A stretch of 64,000 nucleotides of DNA from Octopus bimaculoides (lineage: Eukaryota). Below the pieces are notes generated by a model. That model did not search any database, had not been told where the DNA came from, and saw only the letters and a program-made list of their open reading frames with translations. Both the position numbers and the translations under genes were made by a program. Below, piece by piece: positions 23,942 to 34,662 of this stretch (position 1 is the stretch's first letter; every line of letters starts with the position of its first letter). Location: NCBI RefSeq assembly GCF_001194135.2, contig NC_068990.1:49275677-49339676 (forward strand), given 5' to 3'.

Positions 23942-25184
23942 CGTTGAAACTCAAGTTGATTAAAATAAAAAATCTAAGGCAAAAAAAAAAAAAAACTATG
24001 TGTAATAAAAGAGTATGGATAATAGAGTGATAAATCTGGAAGATAGATAAATAACCAAAGGTCAAGATTAAGAAAACAATTGTAAAGAGAAAGGAAGTCA
24101 TCTGAATGTGACAGTTAATCTTATCTTCAGAACTATTTTATGACTGGCTGGGAGGGGATTATCTATCACTGCCTTTTTAATAATACATTATTACACAAGC
24201 ATACGACACAATAAGCTGGGAACACTCCAAAAGAAATCTAAAGAACAAAAAAAAAAAAAAGAAAGCTAATATGTCAACCTAGCACATTTAAAATCATGTT
24301 TCTGCTGTATTACATTGTAATTAAGGAGCAAATATACAAATGTGATCAAGGAAAAGAGAGTTATAGAAATTAAAACAATATTTAATACGGATGCGGTGGG
24401 GGCAGGAGAGTAGATTCTACAAAGTAGAGAAACTGTCAGCTGTGTAAACTGTGTCCAGTTTAAACCGTATTAAAACTTGCCCACACAAGTTAGTGTAGAA
24501 CACGTGATTTAAATCCCATGACAAATGACACCTGCTTGCTTTGAAAATGACGTTGCAAAGATAAGCCAGCTTAACTAAAAAAAAATTTTTCAACCACCAA
24601 ATTTTATTTACAACCGGGATATATTACAAACAATATCTTTTATTTACGAAGTTACAAAGTCGAAATAAATTTTCCGCAGCCAAGTTGATTTTATCAAGTT
24701 AAATCTAAACAATTAAGAAAATTTTTTATATGTATATATATGTATATAAATAAATAAATCAATCTGCAACAAAATTAATGAGAATTTTAGAAGTGATAAT
24801 AAAAATATAGGCTCAACGAGTTTTCTGTATTATAGACAGAAGTGTGGGTGGGTGTTAACAATAAACTAGTTGTAGGACAAATGATAAATGCGTAATTAGC
24901 CAGCAGGCAGGTCATATTACATAAAATAAAGTCAAACCAAGGCTGGCCTATTACATAGCATAAATATGTAAGCCAGTATGAAAATATAAAACAATAATTC
25001 TCATTAACAATCTTGATTTTAAATAAAGAAAGCGTTTACATGTTTTGCTGTTGTTATTTTTAAATCTAATGACTCGTTTTTTTTTTTATATTATAATTAT
25101 TATACCCCAATAAATGAAGAAAAAAAAAAGATAATTGAATTACTTACAAATCAAAACAGCAACACATATTAGGATAGACTTCAT
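12455..25184 (-). CDS. LAMP1: LAMP-family lysosome-associated membrane glycoprotein (LAMP1-like, CD68-type architecture), 5 coding exons, 376 aa
   Basis: Exons (minus): 25184-25148, 16601-15991, 15454-15277, 15185-15024, 12597-12455; GT-AG introns, phases 1/0/1/1 consistent. Protein: signal peptide MKSILICVAVLILSNITTG; Thr/Ser/Pro stalk; one LAMP domain with four Cys (QRCIV, GTCND, FICKS, HICVED) and many N-x-S/T sites; TM IVPIAVGAALAGLVITVLIAYLI; tail GRKRSRRGYESV* with the GYxxPhi lysosomal signal. The symbol is family-level; orthology was not tested. Confidence 0.92.
12968..13789. mobile_element. Non-autonomous mariner made of two inverted 5' halves (LAMP intron 4)
   Basis: TA-flanked ends both read TA-CAT..GTCTGATGA(ATA)AGTATCCGGAC.GTTGC.ATAGTAACAAAGCTAAAGCATGCAG. 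The left half (+) encodes RICIKFCQKLGNTYLEAY. The right half (-) encodes EAYAKLQKVFG...SGRPATSRTEKII...LGMRCLSAKFVPKLL. Confidence 0.8.
16101..16552 (-). repeat. Coding 30-bp minisatellite, 15 units, encoding the mucin-like stalk
   Basis: 7 units of TTSVTTEKPS followed by 8 units of TPNVTTEKPS (one reads EKSS); units are nearly identical at DNA level. Confidence 0.97.
17945..18169 (-). mobile_element. tRNA-derived SINE lacking ~7 nt of its head; 3' half of a 5S-SINE chimera
   Basis: Reverse complement ggctggcagaaacgttagcacgccaggcgaaatgc...gagttcaaattccgccaaggtcgactttgcctttcatcctttcggg...aagtaccagttacgcactgggg aligns with the copy at 53773-53997. Confidence 0.85.
18190..18309 (-). pseudogene. 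5S rRNA retro-pseudogene followed by gtgaag+(A)14
   Basis: Reverse complement tttacagccatatcactttgaaaacaccagttctcgtccgatcaccgaagttaagcaaagtcgagcctagttagtacttagatgggtgactgcttgggaaacctaggtgctgtaaac is colinear with metazoan 5S rRNA; helix I tttacagc/gctgtaaa is intact. Several changes are consistent with CpG decay. Confidence 0.92.
19341..19427 (-). pseudogene. tRNA-Thr(AGT)-like pseudogene or SINE head with a ~15-nt insertion
   Basis: Reverse complement shows anticodon arm ccagt-ctAGTaa-actgg, T-arm aaggg-tttgaat-ccctt and a D-loop-like cttaactggctaaa; extra tcttcctcaacatac lies between the D and anticodon arms. Confidence 0.55.
19908..20382. repeat. Palindromic element with ~230-bp arms, each holding a tRNA-like sequence
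   Basis: Left arm 19908-20137 is the reverse complement of right arm 20163-20382. tRNA-like units lie at ~19999-20071 (-) and ~20229-20297 (+). Confidence 0.85.
22020..22500. repeat. Diverged tandem dimer (~235-250-bp unit), probably part of a non-autonomous DNA element
   Basis: cacctcac..cccaaaa..gggttttgtagcat.ttaggtcaccggaat..caacgaaaaaaa.ttccaatga.tcc.ggatat.ggg..tattaggtcagggtact..gtgaaag.atcaa occurs twice, from ~22045 and ~22272. Confidence 0.7.
22537..23779. mobile_element. Foldback-type long inverted repeat (~1.24 kb, non-coding)
   Basis: Ends ccaggtaaacgtttctaata (22537) and tattagaaacgtttacctgg (23779). Arms align throughout to a ~16-nt loop at ~23062-23077; the right arm carries a 150-bp tandem duplication (23064 and 23214). 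Confidence 0.85.
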
Positions 25185-25560
25185 TTTGGAGTGCAATTAT
25201 CAAATCAGTGGTGACAGGCTATCCGTGTCGTAGCAAGCTAACGCCTTCAATTGGTCTACGAGGAAACAGAAGGGTTAAAATATGTGTATTAGCAGTAGTA
25301 GAAAAATAAAGGATTTTTTTAATAATGTCGACAAAGGTTACATCATTTCAAAGAGAAGGTGAAATATATTACAGGAGAAAAAAACCCAAACAAACTACTA
25401 CTACCTTTTCCTGATTTCACTACAAGTCCAGAAGAGATTCGCAGACCAACTACAATGAAAGCAGCTAAATCACATGAATATTTATTTTCACGTGACAGTA
25501 CGACTGCGCACGCATCTACTTCCACTTCCTCTCTAAATGTCTATAACTTCCGGCGTAGCG
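25185..25560. promoter_or_regulatory. Bidirectional promoter region shared by LAMP (-) and COPS9 (+)
   Basis: 376 bp between the divergent ATGs, CpG-enriched relative to flanks. M-box TCATGTGA (minus, 25470-25477), CLEAR-type GTCACGTGA (minus, 25488-25496), NRF1-like TGCGCACGCA (25505-25514), ETS ACTTCCGG (25546-25553). Confidence 0.75.
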
Positions 25561-26777
25561 ATGAATTCTGCGGTCGTTGCTGATGAAATGTTTCCCGAAG
25601 GGGTCGGCACATATATGGATATTGAAGAGGTATACTCCTTACAAAGAAGCACTTTTTATCTTTTGTTGTTCGTTACGCTACTATAACATTCGCTTATAAA
25701 GAGTATCTCCAGATGGTTTTCTAAGAGTCACCAAGTTACATGACTAAATGTGCTGGCAAAAATTTTATATTTTGTACAAATCCTTGGGTAGGAGAAATGC
25801 AGTAACGGTTTTGTAATAGGTCTGATGAAATTAAGAAACACCTGATTGACATTAGCTTTGGTTGATGGCATTAAGGCTTGTATGGGTTCAAAAATAAATG
25901 TCAACAAATAAGAGTTATGTACCCTTCGATAAAATGTGTTTGGTAGGACAATATTTTTTAAGTAGCTGGCTCCGTGCCGTCAAAAATGACGGCTAATTGT
26001 GGTATTTTATATATAAATATGAATGGTAAATCAAATTGATACACTTGCCAATGTTCACATACATTCACATCGTTCCCTTGTACACATAAACATTTTGATT
26101 TGTTTTTTTCAGTGTTGAATGTTCACCATCCCGCTTCCAGTTTGATATCACCCCTTCCTTTCTAATTCATGTTGTGACGGAGAAAAAAACATAAGAGTAT
26201 TATTATAGTAGATTATAAAACCTACATACATGTCATCATTTTTGTCAGTAATTAACAGAATTACGTCTTACTTTCTCATGGTTTCCAACCATACGGTCTT
26301 ACAACTCGTGTTTTTTTTTTTCTCTGGAAGGTGAGGGACCTTTATTGTTTTCTTTCTATGGCCGAGTGAAAAAATCAAATTGTCGAACCTTGGATTTTCG
26401 ACAACTGTGATATATTATTAATTGAAGTGTTTGTTAATGTTTGGTAACAGAACTGCTGAAACTTTATTACTAGTTATTTATTCTATTACTAAATTAGGAA
26501 GTATAATTCACTCCTATTGTTAGCCATATAAGAATTTAAACTAAATGTAGCACCTCCATTTTCACATGCAATTGTTAACTATTATTGGTTTCAAATTTTG
26601 GCACAAGACCAACAATTTCGGTGACAAGGATCAATCGATTATATCAACTCCAGTGCTCAACTGGTACTTATCTTATCGATGACCCGTCCTTGTTTTCTTT
26701 GTATCGTCTATCTGGATGTTTTGTTGTCACTTTCTTGTATCATTTGTCTGGATGTTTTGCGTTCTTGTCCCATTTCG

Positions 26778-26808
<31 letters not shown>

Positions 26809-28645
26809 AGCATAACTATACAAGAATGCTTCACGTTAACTACCGTAATAAACACATTTTTACCGAATGCGAGGGAATGTAACCTTCAAAGAATCGGCGA
26901 TCTATAGTTAAGTCTGTTTTTAAAAGGCTAGCTTCTTTGAAGGCTGCATTTCCTCACATTCGGTAAAACACATATATATAAATACATACATATATATATA
27001 TATAAATACATACATATATATNNNNNNNNNNNNNNNNNNNNNNNNNNNNNNNNNNNNNNNNNNNNNNNNNNNNNNNNNNNNNNNNNNNNNNNNNNNNNNN
27101 NNNNNNNNNNNNNNNNNNNNNATGTATATATATATATATATATGTATATATATGCATATATATATATGTATGTGTAAATTGGATAAACTGGATAAATTTG
27201 GTGTTATGTTTATCATTGATGTTACGAAACCAATCTACTACCTGTAATGAGTTTGACCACAAACTAAGTTTTAATTTTTTGACTAAAGTAGGTATATATT
27301 TGTCTAGGATGTTTTTACTCAGAATACCTATGTCCGATTTAGATGGAGAAATAAGACGTAATTTGGGGCTATTCCAAAAGTTTTTCTTATGGACCTTTAA
27401 AACAAATCGGGGTTGCTTAGGGTCCAAAGGTTCAGTCCTCTTTTGTAAGTTATATTTCTCCATGATTTTTTTTTGCTTTCAGGTTAGCTTTCCTAAGTGC
27501 TGTTTTACTTGTGATTCGATAGTTTTTTTTCTATTTCTCTTTTGAGGAATTCGTTATGTTCCTTAGATAATTTATACATGTTTCCTGTTTTATCGGACGG
27601 AAGTAGTATGCCATCAATGTTATTAATTTCCTTCGTGATGTTGTTGAAGTATCTGAGGTGATTATTTCTTAATGGTGATTTATGGAACTTCACATTTTTC
27701 ACTATTGACCAAAGATCTTCTACGAATTGCTACATATATATATATCATCGTCGTCGTCGTCATTTAACGTCTGCTTTCCATGCTAGCATGGGTTGGACGA
27801 TTTGGCTGAGGACTGGTGAAACCAGATGGCTACACCAGGCTCCAATCCGATCTGGCAGAGTTTCTACAGCTGGATGCCCTTCCTAATGCCAACCACTCAG
27901 AGTGTAGTGGGTGCTTTTACATGCCACTGGCACAAAGGCCAGTCAGGCGGTACTGGCAACGGTCACGCTCAAAATGGTGTATTTTATGTGCCACCCGCAC
28001 AAGAGCCAGTCCAGGGGCACTGGCAACGATCTCGCTCGAAAGTCCTTACACATGCCTTGGGCACAAGTGCCAGAAAGGCGATGCTGGGCACACGTGCCAT
28101 CACGATTTCGCTTGCCCCATGATTATAAAAATTTAGTACTATCCCTATTAGGAGATGAGACATACTACGAAAGAGCCCAACATTATAATCAACCAAAAAT
28201 AATGAATAACCTCAGGACATTACTCAACTCATACCGAGAAGGACTCACAGACAAGGAGTACGATTACATCACCAACTTCAAGTGCAAGTCAAGTTTATTC
28301 TACGGTATCCCTAAAGTCTACAAAAGCAAAGTAATTAGTGAAGCATGTAAAAAAGCTACTGACGTAATCATGCTCTTAGTTTAGTTTTTCCTTGGGCAAT
28401 CTCGAGTATAACCAGCCGAAATTGCAAAGATAATCTGGAACTCGACTGAGGAAAGAAAACTCTGAATGACTCCTCCTTGTTTTCTTTGTATCGTCTATCT
28501 GGATGTTTTGTTGTCCCTTTCTTGTAACACCTAACTGTCTGGATGTTTTGCGTTCTTGTCCCATTTTGTATTTTCATATATATATATATATATATATAAA
28601 TATATAGCGGCGTACGTATTGGTCTCTTATATGTANNNNNNNNNN

Positions 28646-28694
<49 letters not shown>

Positions 28695-31600
28695 CAGCAG
28701 TACTCAACTCTGCCTAGGTTTTGTACCTAAAGTAAATTTAATCACAAAATTTCACTATATTTTGAATAAATTTCTTTGAAAAGATGATGCACACAATCTT
28801 GAATTGGTCTGAGAATATTGGTTAACAAAGTATTGGTTGTTGTATCCAAGCAGTTCAGATGGTTCAAATCATATTTCATTAAGATTGAAAAAAAAAAAAA
28901 TAAAAAATAGAAAGAAAAGGAAAAAATATATAGAACCAGAAATAAATTTTTTTCCAAGTACTTAGTAATTTACATAATTAAACAATTCAACTGCACTGCT
29001 GGGGATTATAAAACAAGAACTAAACGCAGTGTGGTCTACAACTTGGATCATACATACCAAGAGGATGTGCACATGGAATGTATTAGTTTGATGCTCGGTA
29101 AAGGTGGAAAAAAGAGAATACCTATATATATGAGAAAAAGAATGATATGAGTGTGCTTTAAATTGAAAGAAATTATTGTATATCTTGTTAATAACTTCCG
29201 AAATGACAATTTTGTTTTTGTGTACCTTAATGATGCACTTAAATAGACAATATTTCTTGTTACATTATTTGCTTTATATTCTAGGCTGGTGGATCTAGTG
29301 CTCTTTTGATGGACTTAGCTGCTAATGAAAAATCAGTGCACCGTGATTTTTATAATGGTATGTTTAATGCTAGTTATATTGTTTAAATTTGACCACATTG
29401 TCATAAATATATACAAATTATTTTATAAAGTGCATCAACACTTTTATTTTGAATACCTAGAATCCATTTCTTTTAGAAATTGTTTTAACTTATATTGATA
29501 ACTTTATCTATTTTTGAAAATTTTGAAATTCATCTACATTTGAACAGAGACTCTGTTTAAAAATGGGATGATTTGGAAAACAATCATTTTTATCAATTAC
29601 TATGTTTTGTGCAGTTTCATACCACTGATATTGATTTCTTTCATCACTACAAAGTCAAACATTTATAAAGAGTACAGCATCACTCGCTTAGATGAATTAC
29701 ACAGGTCTGCCACATCAAAGCCCTATTTGTCTTAGTATTCCATTAACTCATCTATGTGTTTGAGCATCCTTAAAGGTCTCTCACCTCATCACTTCTTTCA
29801 CAAGTATACTTCATTTATGAAACATGGCCCTTGTACATCCAGGGATTACGCTCTATTCATATCACGCATCCCTAGCCATAATATCAGCCAATAACTTTTA
29901 ATGTCTAGTCACTCTTTCAGTTCACTTGTAATTTGGTTTTCATGCAGATATTATGACACTTATATTGTATCTCTACTTCAAATACCACTACTGTAATGGC
30001 TTTTACTTATTGGAGCTGGTTAGACTCCTGTCACTTAAGTATTTCTACCCCGCTCACTTCTATCAAATTAATCCTAATGCCCAGTTTGTCCCTGAACATT
30101 GACTCTCTGAAATTCCCTTTCTATTCATGATTTTTCTGCAGGTACTGTTTTACAAAGGTTCAAAAGGAACATTAATTTCACCTGTCTAAGAGGGCCTGTG
30201 AAGACCGTAGGTACTGCTCCTTCTTCTAGACTCAACAGGTGTGGGTGTGGTTAAAAAGTTTGCTTACGTCTCTTAACCATTTGGTTTTCAGTTCAATCCC
30301 CCTGTGCAACACCTTGTATGTGTGTATATATAAATGCACACACACACACACACATAAATCATCATCATCATCATCATCATCGTTTAACGTCCGCTTTCCA
30401 TGCTAGCATGGGTTGGACGATTTGACTGAGGACTGGTGAAACCGGATGGCAACACCAGGCTCCAATCTAATTTGGCAGAGTTTCTACAGCTGGATGCCCT
30501 TCCTAACGCCAACCACTCAGAGAGTGTAGTGGGTGCTTTTACGTGTCACCCGCACGAAAACGGCCACGCTCGAAATGGTGTCTTTTATGTGCCACCCGCA
30601 CAAGCCAGTCCAGGGGCACTGGCAACGATCTCGCTCGAAAATCCTGCAGGAGCCAGTCAGGCGGTACTGGCAACGGCCACGCTCAAAATGGTAAATGTAT
30701 ATTATTATTTATTAATAACAGTTTGATTCAGCTCTATGCCATGTAAAGTTTCATAAGTTCATTGATCAACTGCCTATGCATGACAAGTATAGCAAGCCTA
30801 TGAAACTGTAAGTTGTATGGAACCAAATCAATTATCATCATTTAACATCTATTTTCTGTGCTGGCATGGATTGGACTGTTTGACTGAAGCTGGCCAGCTG
30901 AAGGCTCCATGTTTGTTTTGGCATCGTTTCTATGGCTGGATGCTCTTCCTAATGCCAACCACTTTACAGAGGGTACTGAGTGCTTTTATGTAGTTCTGGT
31001 ATGGGTACTTTTTATGTGGCACCAGCACCCATGGACCTGCAAGATTAGGATTGCTTAGCTAAAGAGGGATGCAGGGAACATGCCTGTATACAAAGAAAAC
31101 CACAGCAAACTGCCAGGAGTCGCGATGCCTTGTCATCCCCTCTGTGAGGCCTGATGTCTCAAGATCCTTACTCACTACTTCATACCACATCTTCCTGGTT
31201 CTACCCCATCTACATGTTCCTGCCACAATTAGAGATCAGCACTTCTTGATGCAATAGTTTCATTCATATGCATTACATGTCTGTACCAACTCAGTCTTCT
31301 CTCTTACACACTACCTCTGATACCTCGTATACCTAGTTTTTCTCTCAAATCATTTACACTCTTTCATATATGCACACCAACATTACCCATCCATCGGAGC
31401 ATACTGGCTTCATTTCTTTCAAGCCTTCGCATGTCTTCAGTAGTCACAGCCCATTTCTCTCTACCATGTGGCATAGCTATTCATACACAGGCAACATACA
31501 ATCTGCCTTTCACTCTGAGGGAGAGGCCCTTTGTTACTAACAGAGATAGTAACCCTCTAAACTTTGCCAGCCTATTCCTATTCTTGCAGCTATGCGTTCA

Positions 31601-33039
31601 GAACAGCCTCCATCACTGCTGACTTGATCACCTAAGTAACAGAAACTCTACTACTTCTAAGGATCCCCCTTGACATTTGAGGGAGTCTATTTTTTTTTTA
31701 TACATTCTTGATGTTTAAATGTACCTGCACATCTGCCACATGTAAAGGACTACTTTCTCTATTAGTTTTTCACCTCTTACGTGTCCATAGCTTGGACTGA
31801 GTACACTGTATGGAGTTTCTTCTGACACCTTTTCTACATATTGAGCAGGGCCATCTCCCTGAAGGGATATATGATATGTCTGTTTTGCTACTTATTAGGA
31901 CTTTGGTCTTTGCTAAATTAATTCTAAAGCCCTTTGATTGCAGTCTTTGTTTCCATACCTGAAATTTCTTCTCTGGTAGTGATTCAGCAATAAGAACAAG
32001 CTCATCAGGGTAGAGGAGCTCCCAAGGGTAGCCAGTCTTGAATTCCTCTGTTATGGATTGGAGAACTATGATTAACAAGAGGGGGCTAAGGGATTACCCT
32101 AGTGGACTCCTACTTATACACTAAATTCCTTGCTATACTCATTGGGAACTTTCATCTTACTAACAGCATCTCTGTACATGGCTTGTACAACTCTCACCAA
32201 TCATTCATCTATTCCTAGCTTCTGCATTGCCTACCAGATAAGCAAGCAGGGGACCCTATCAAAGGCTTTCTTCATGTCAACAAAAGTCAGATACAGTGGT
32301 TTATTTTTGGCTAAGTACTTTTCCTGCAGTTGCCTCACTAGGAAGATAACATCAGTGGTACTTCTACCTGCACAAATTCAAACTGCATTTCATTTATGCT
32401 AATTCTGAGACCTTTGGCAGTATGCTGTGCTTGAGAAGAAGACCCATCAAGCCAAGTGAAATCGTAGTCATGGCAGATACTGGTATCATGCAACTGGCAC
32501 CCATTACACTCTCAGAGTGGTTTGCATTAAGAAGGGCATCCAGCCTGTAAAAATCATGCCAAATTAAACTGGAGTCTAGTGCATCCCCTCAGCTTACCAG
32601 CCCTAGTCAAACTGTCCAATCCATGCCAGCATGGACAACAAACATTAAATGATGATGTAACAAAAGCAAAGTTTTGAAAGAAATATTAGCAAATAGGAAA
32701 TAACAATTGCTACACAAGGACAAAAATCGTGTTAGTTTTATTTAATGTCTATTTTCCATGCTGGTTTGACTTCTATCTTACTGGGTCCCTCTCTCTTACA
32801 AAACCCATCCACTAAGTTATGGGGATGTAAACAAAGCAACACCAATTGTGAAGCAGTGTGGTAGGTACTAACCTCAAAGACAGATACACATTCACATGTA
32901 ACAGGCTTTTGCTTTCTGTCTCCAAAATTTTAATCTGAATATTTTTCTTTTGATCTTGTCACATTCTCTTTTAACACTCATTTTTTTTCTTTGCATTTCA
33001 GATTTTGAAGATCTCTTTGATGATGATGATTTAATCTGA
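25561..33039 (+). CDS. COPS9: COP9 signalosome subunit 9 (CSNAP/MYEOV2), 3 exons, 59 aa
   Basis: Exons 25561-25629, 29285-29357, 33002-33039; GT-AG, phases 0/1. Protein [59 protein letters not shown] is colinear with human COPS9 as recalled ([50 protein letters not shown]). AATAAA at ~33123. Confidence 0.95.
25962..26532 (-). mobile_element. Possible non-autonomous Helitron-like element
   Basis: On the minus strand a 5' TCTTATAT start, and near the 3' end a hairpin gccgtc-attttt-gacggc followed ~10 nt later by CTAC (canonical CTRR). Termini only; no coding evidence. Confidence 0.3.
26680..27720 (-). mobile_element. Penelope-like element fragment (RT N-terminal part plus terminal repeat)
   Basis: ORF 26954-27463 [41 protein letters not shown]...[25 protein letters not shown] resembles PLE RT. 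A ~90-bp repeat tccttgttttctttgtatcgtctatctggatg... at ~26688 recurs at ~28474. Confidence 0.65.
27745..28115 (-). mobile_element. Short retroposon copy consisting of the RTE 3' tail
   Basis: Reverse complement of the 8900-9126 tail (catgctagcatgggttggacgattt...ctacagctggatgcccttcctaatgccaaccactc). Confidence 0.8.
28120..28630 (+). mobile_element. Second Penelope-like fragment with terminal repeat
   Basis: LLGDETYYE...[28 protein letters not shown] resembles the PLE FYGLPKxHK motif; followed by the repeat shared with 26688-26775. Confidence 0.6.
30357..30690 (-). mobile_element. Short retroposon copy consisting of the RTE 3' tail
   Basis: (ATC)n then gtttaacgtccgctttccatgctagcatgggttggacg..., near-identical to 27745-28115. 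Confidence 0.8.
30830..32400 (-). mobile_element. Older 5'-truncated RTE LINE in COPS9 intron 2
   Basis: Minus-strand [45 protein letters not shown]...[19 protein letters not shown] is the same family as 6109-9126. A plus-strand RTE tail abuts at ~32405-32660. Confidence 0.85.
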
Positions 33040-33901
33040 CCCGTTGCCGACTTGTAAAATATTTATTTCCATTTTTAACTTGCTTTTTATTAAAGTATTT
33101 GAGAAATTCAATGTCTTTCCTCAATAAATCCTGAAAGTCTTTCCTTACTCTATCAAAAGAAGTTAATTTTTAGAAATTAAGTCAATCATTTTGCTGCTGT
33201 TTATATGATGGATATGAAAGATTCAAACTTCAAATATATAGAACTCATCTGCAAAGTTAAATTTTCAAAATAAAATCAGAAGGTCAATAATATTTTTAAG
33301 TTTCTTTTGGTTATTTAACACCTGCCTAATAAATTATGTTAATACAATATGGTTGTTTAGAATTTCCTTTTTAATATTGTTATGAGCTCTTAAGGTTATT
33401 ATCAAGATTCATTAATGCATATTTGCCTCTTAGCCTATTATGCCAATTCTAAATGTAGAAGCAGCTGCCACATATTTAATTGAGCTATTATTTCTCACTA
33501 GAAAATGCACTTTAGGAATATAATCAGTCACTTAGATTTGTCTTATTCACCAAACAACTTTCCCTGGAGAATGCAAACAGTTTTCTAGAATTGTATCATT
33601 ATCAGTAATAGATGAGATTAATCTTAGAAGCTATTTGGAGCATTTATTGCTACATTAATTTCTTATCGAATAAAAACTGTATAATTTCAGTTTCTGTCAG
33701 AAAGACATATCATGACTATTGTATTTCCCCCTTTTCAGAGGTCATATGTTAATGTCTTTCTTTCTTTGCCTGTTTTTAGCTATTTTAAATACCTTGACAT
33801 TTCATGGCTTGTGAGCAGCCTTCAACTTTTTCTTTTCCCCAACCCGATATTTACATGTTACTATTTATAGCTCTATGTACTTTGAGATCCACTGTTCAAA
33901 A

Positions 33902-33944
<43 letters not shown>

Positions 33945-34662
33945 CCTAAGAGATCTTATCAACATGTCCAATGCTGGATTTTCTAATTATTAAACTAAAG
34001 AGAACTTTCATAATTCATGAGTAAAACTACTGTAATCAATTAATCTGGACAGCTTTACTATTTTCTCTTTCAACAGTTTTCAGATATTCTCAATGTAACA
34101 CTACATTTACACATTAACAATGTTCCTTAATTGATGTATAATGATGCCAGCTGTTCTGTTAGTGAAGTACTTCAAAAACTGTAGTTTTGTCGGGGGTGAG
34201 ATTCTCTTTTCCTAAACACATTTATATTAAGTACAAATTATTTTGAATATTTTGATAGTTTCTCTAATATATTTTCCCTTATTATTAGTAGTAAACACTG
34301 AGCTATCAAACAATTTATTTAACAAATAGTATTTGCTTCACTGTTATTTCTTTCTCTGAGGTGGAAGATTTCTCTCTATTTAGAGTTAATAATTCTATCC
34401 CACCCTTGTATCGATAATGATTTTGACATTTTATAAGTTCATTTAATTACATGTGTATGAATAAGCAAAAATTAATTCCTTATTGACAATGAAGTTGATA
34501 TATTCTTTCGGTGTCATTTTAAGACAAGTATGAGGTCACATAAAAATGTTAGTTTGTTCTTTAACACCAGGTCAACTGTTTAAGCAGATCTGTAATCAAA
34601 AGCTTTCCCAATGTGACCACCCCACCTTACCTTGTTTTTAGGAATTTTTTTTTTTTTAAATA

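Noticed and set aside
25343-25583. Short ORFs of 60-74 aa across the bidirectional promoter
   Set aside because: No recognisable homology; they overlap regulatory motifs and UTRs.
23903-33942. Long poly(A) runs at ~23903-23940 and ~33903-33942 as possible retrogene tails
   Set aside because: No recognisable upstream body or TSD; treated as simple repeats.
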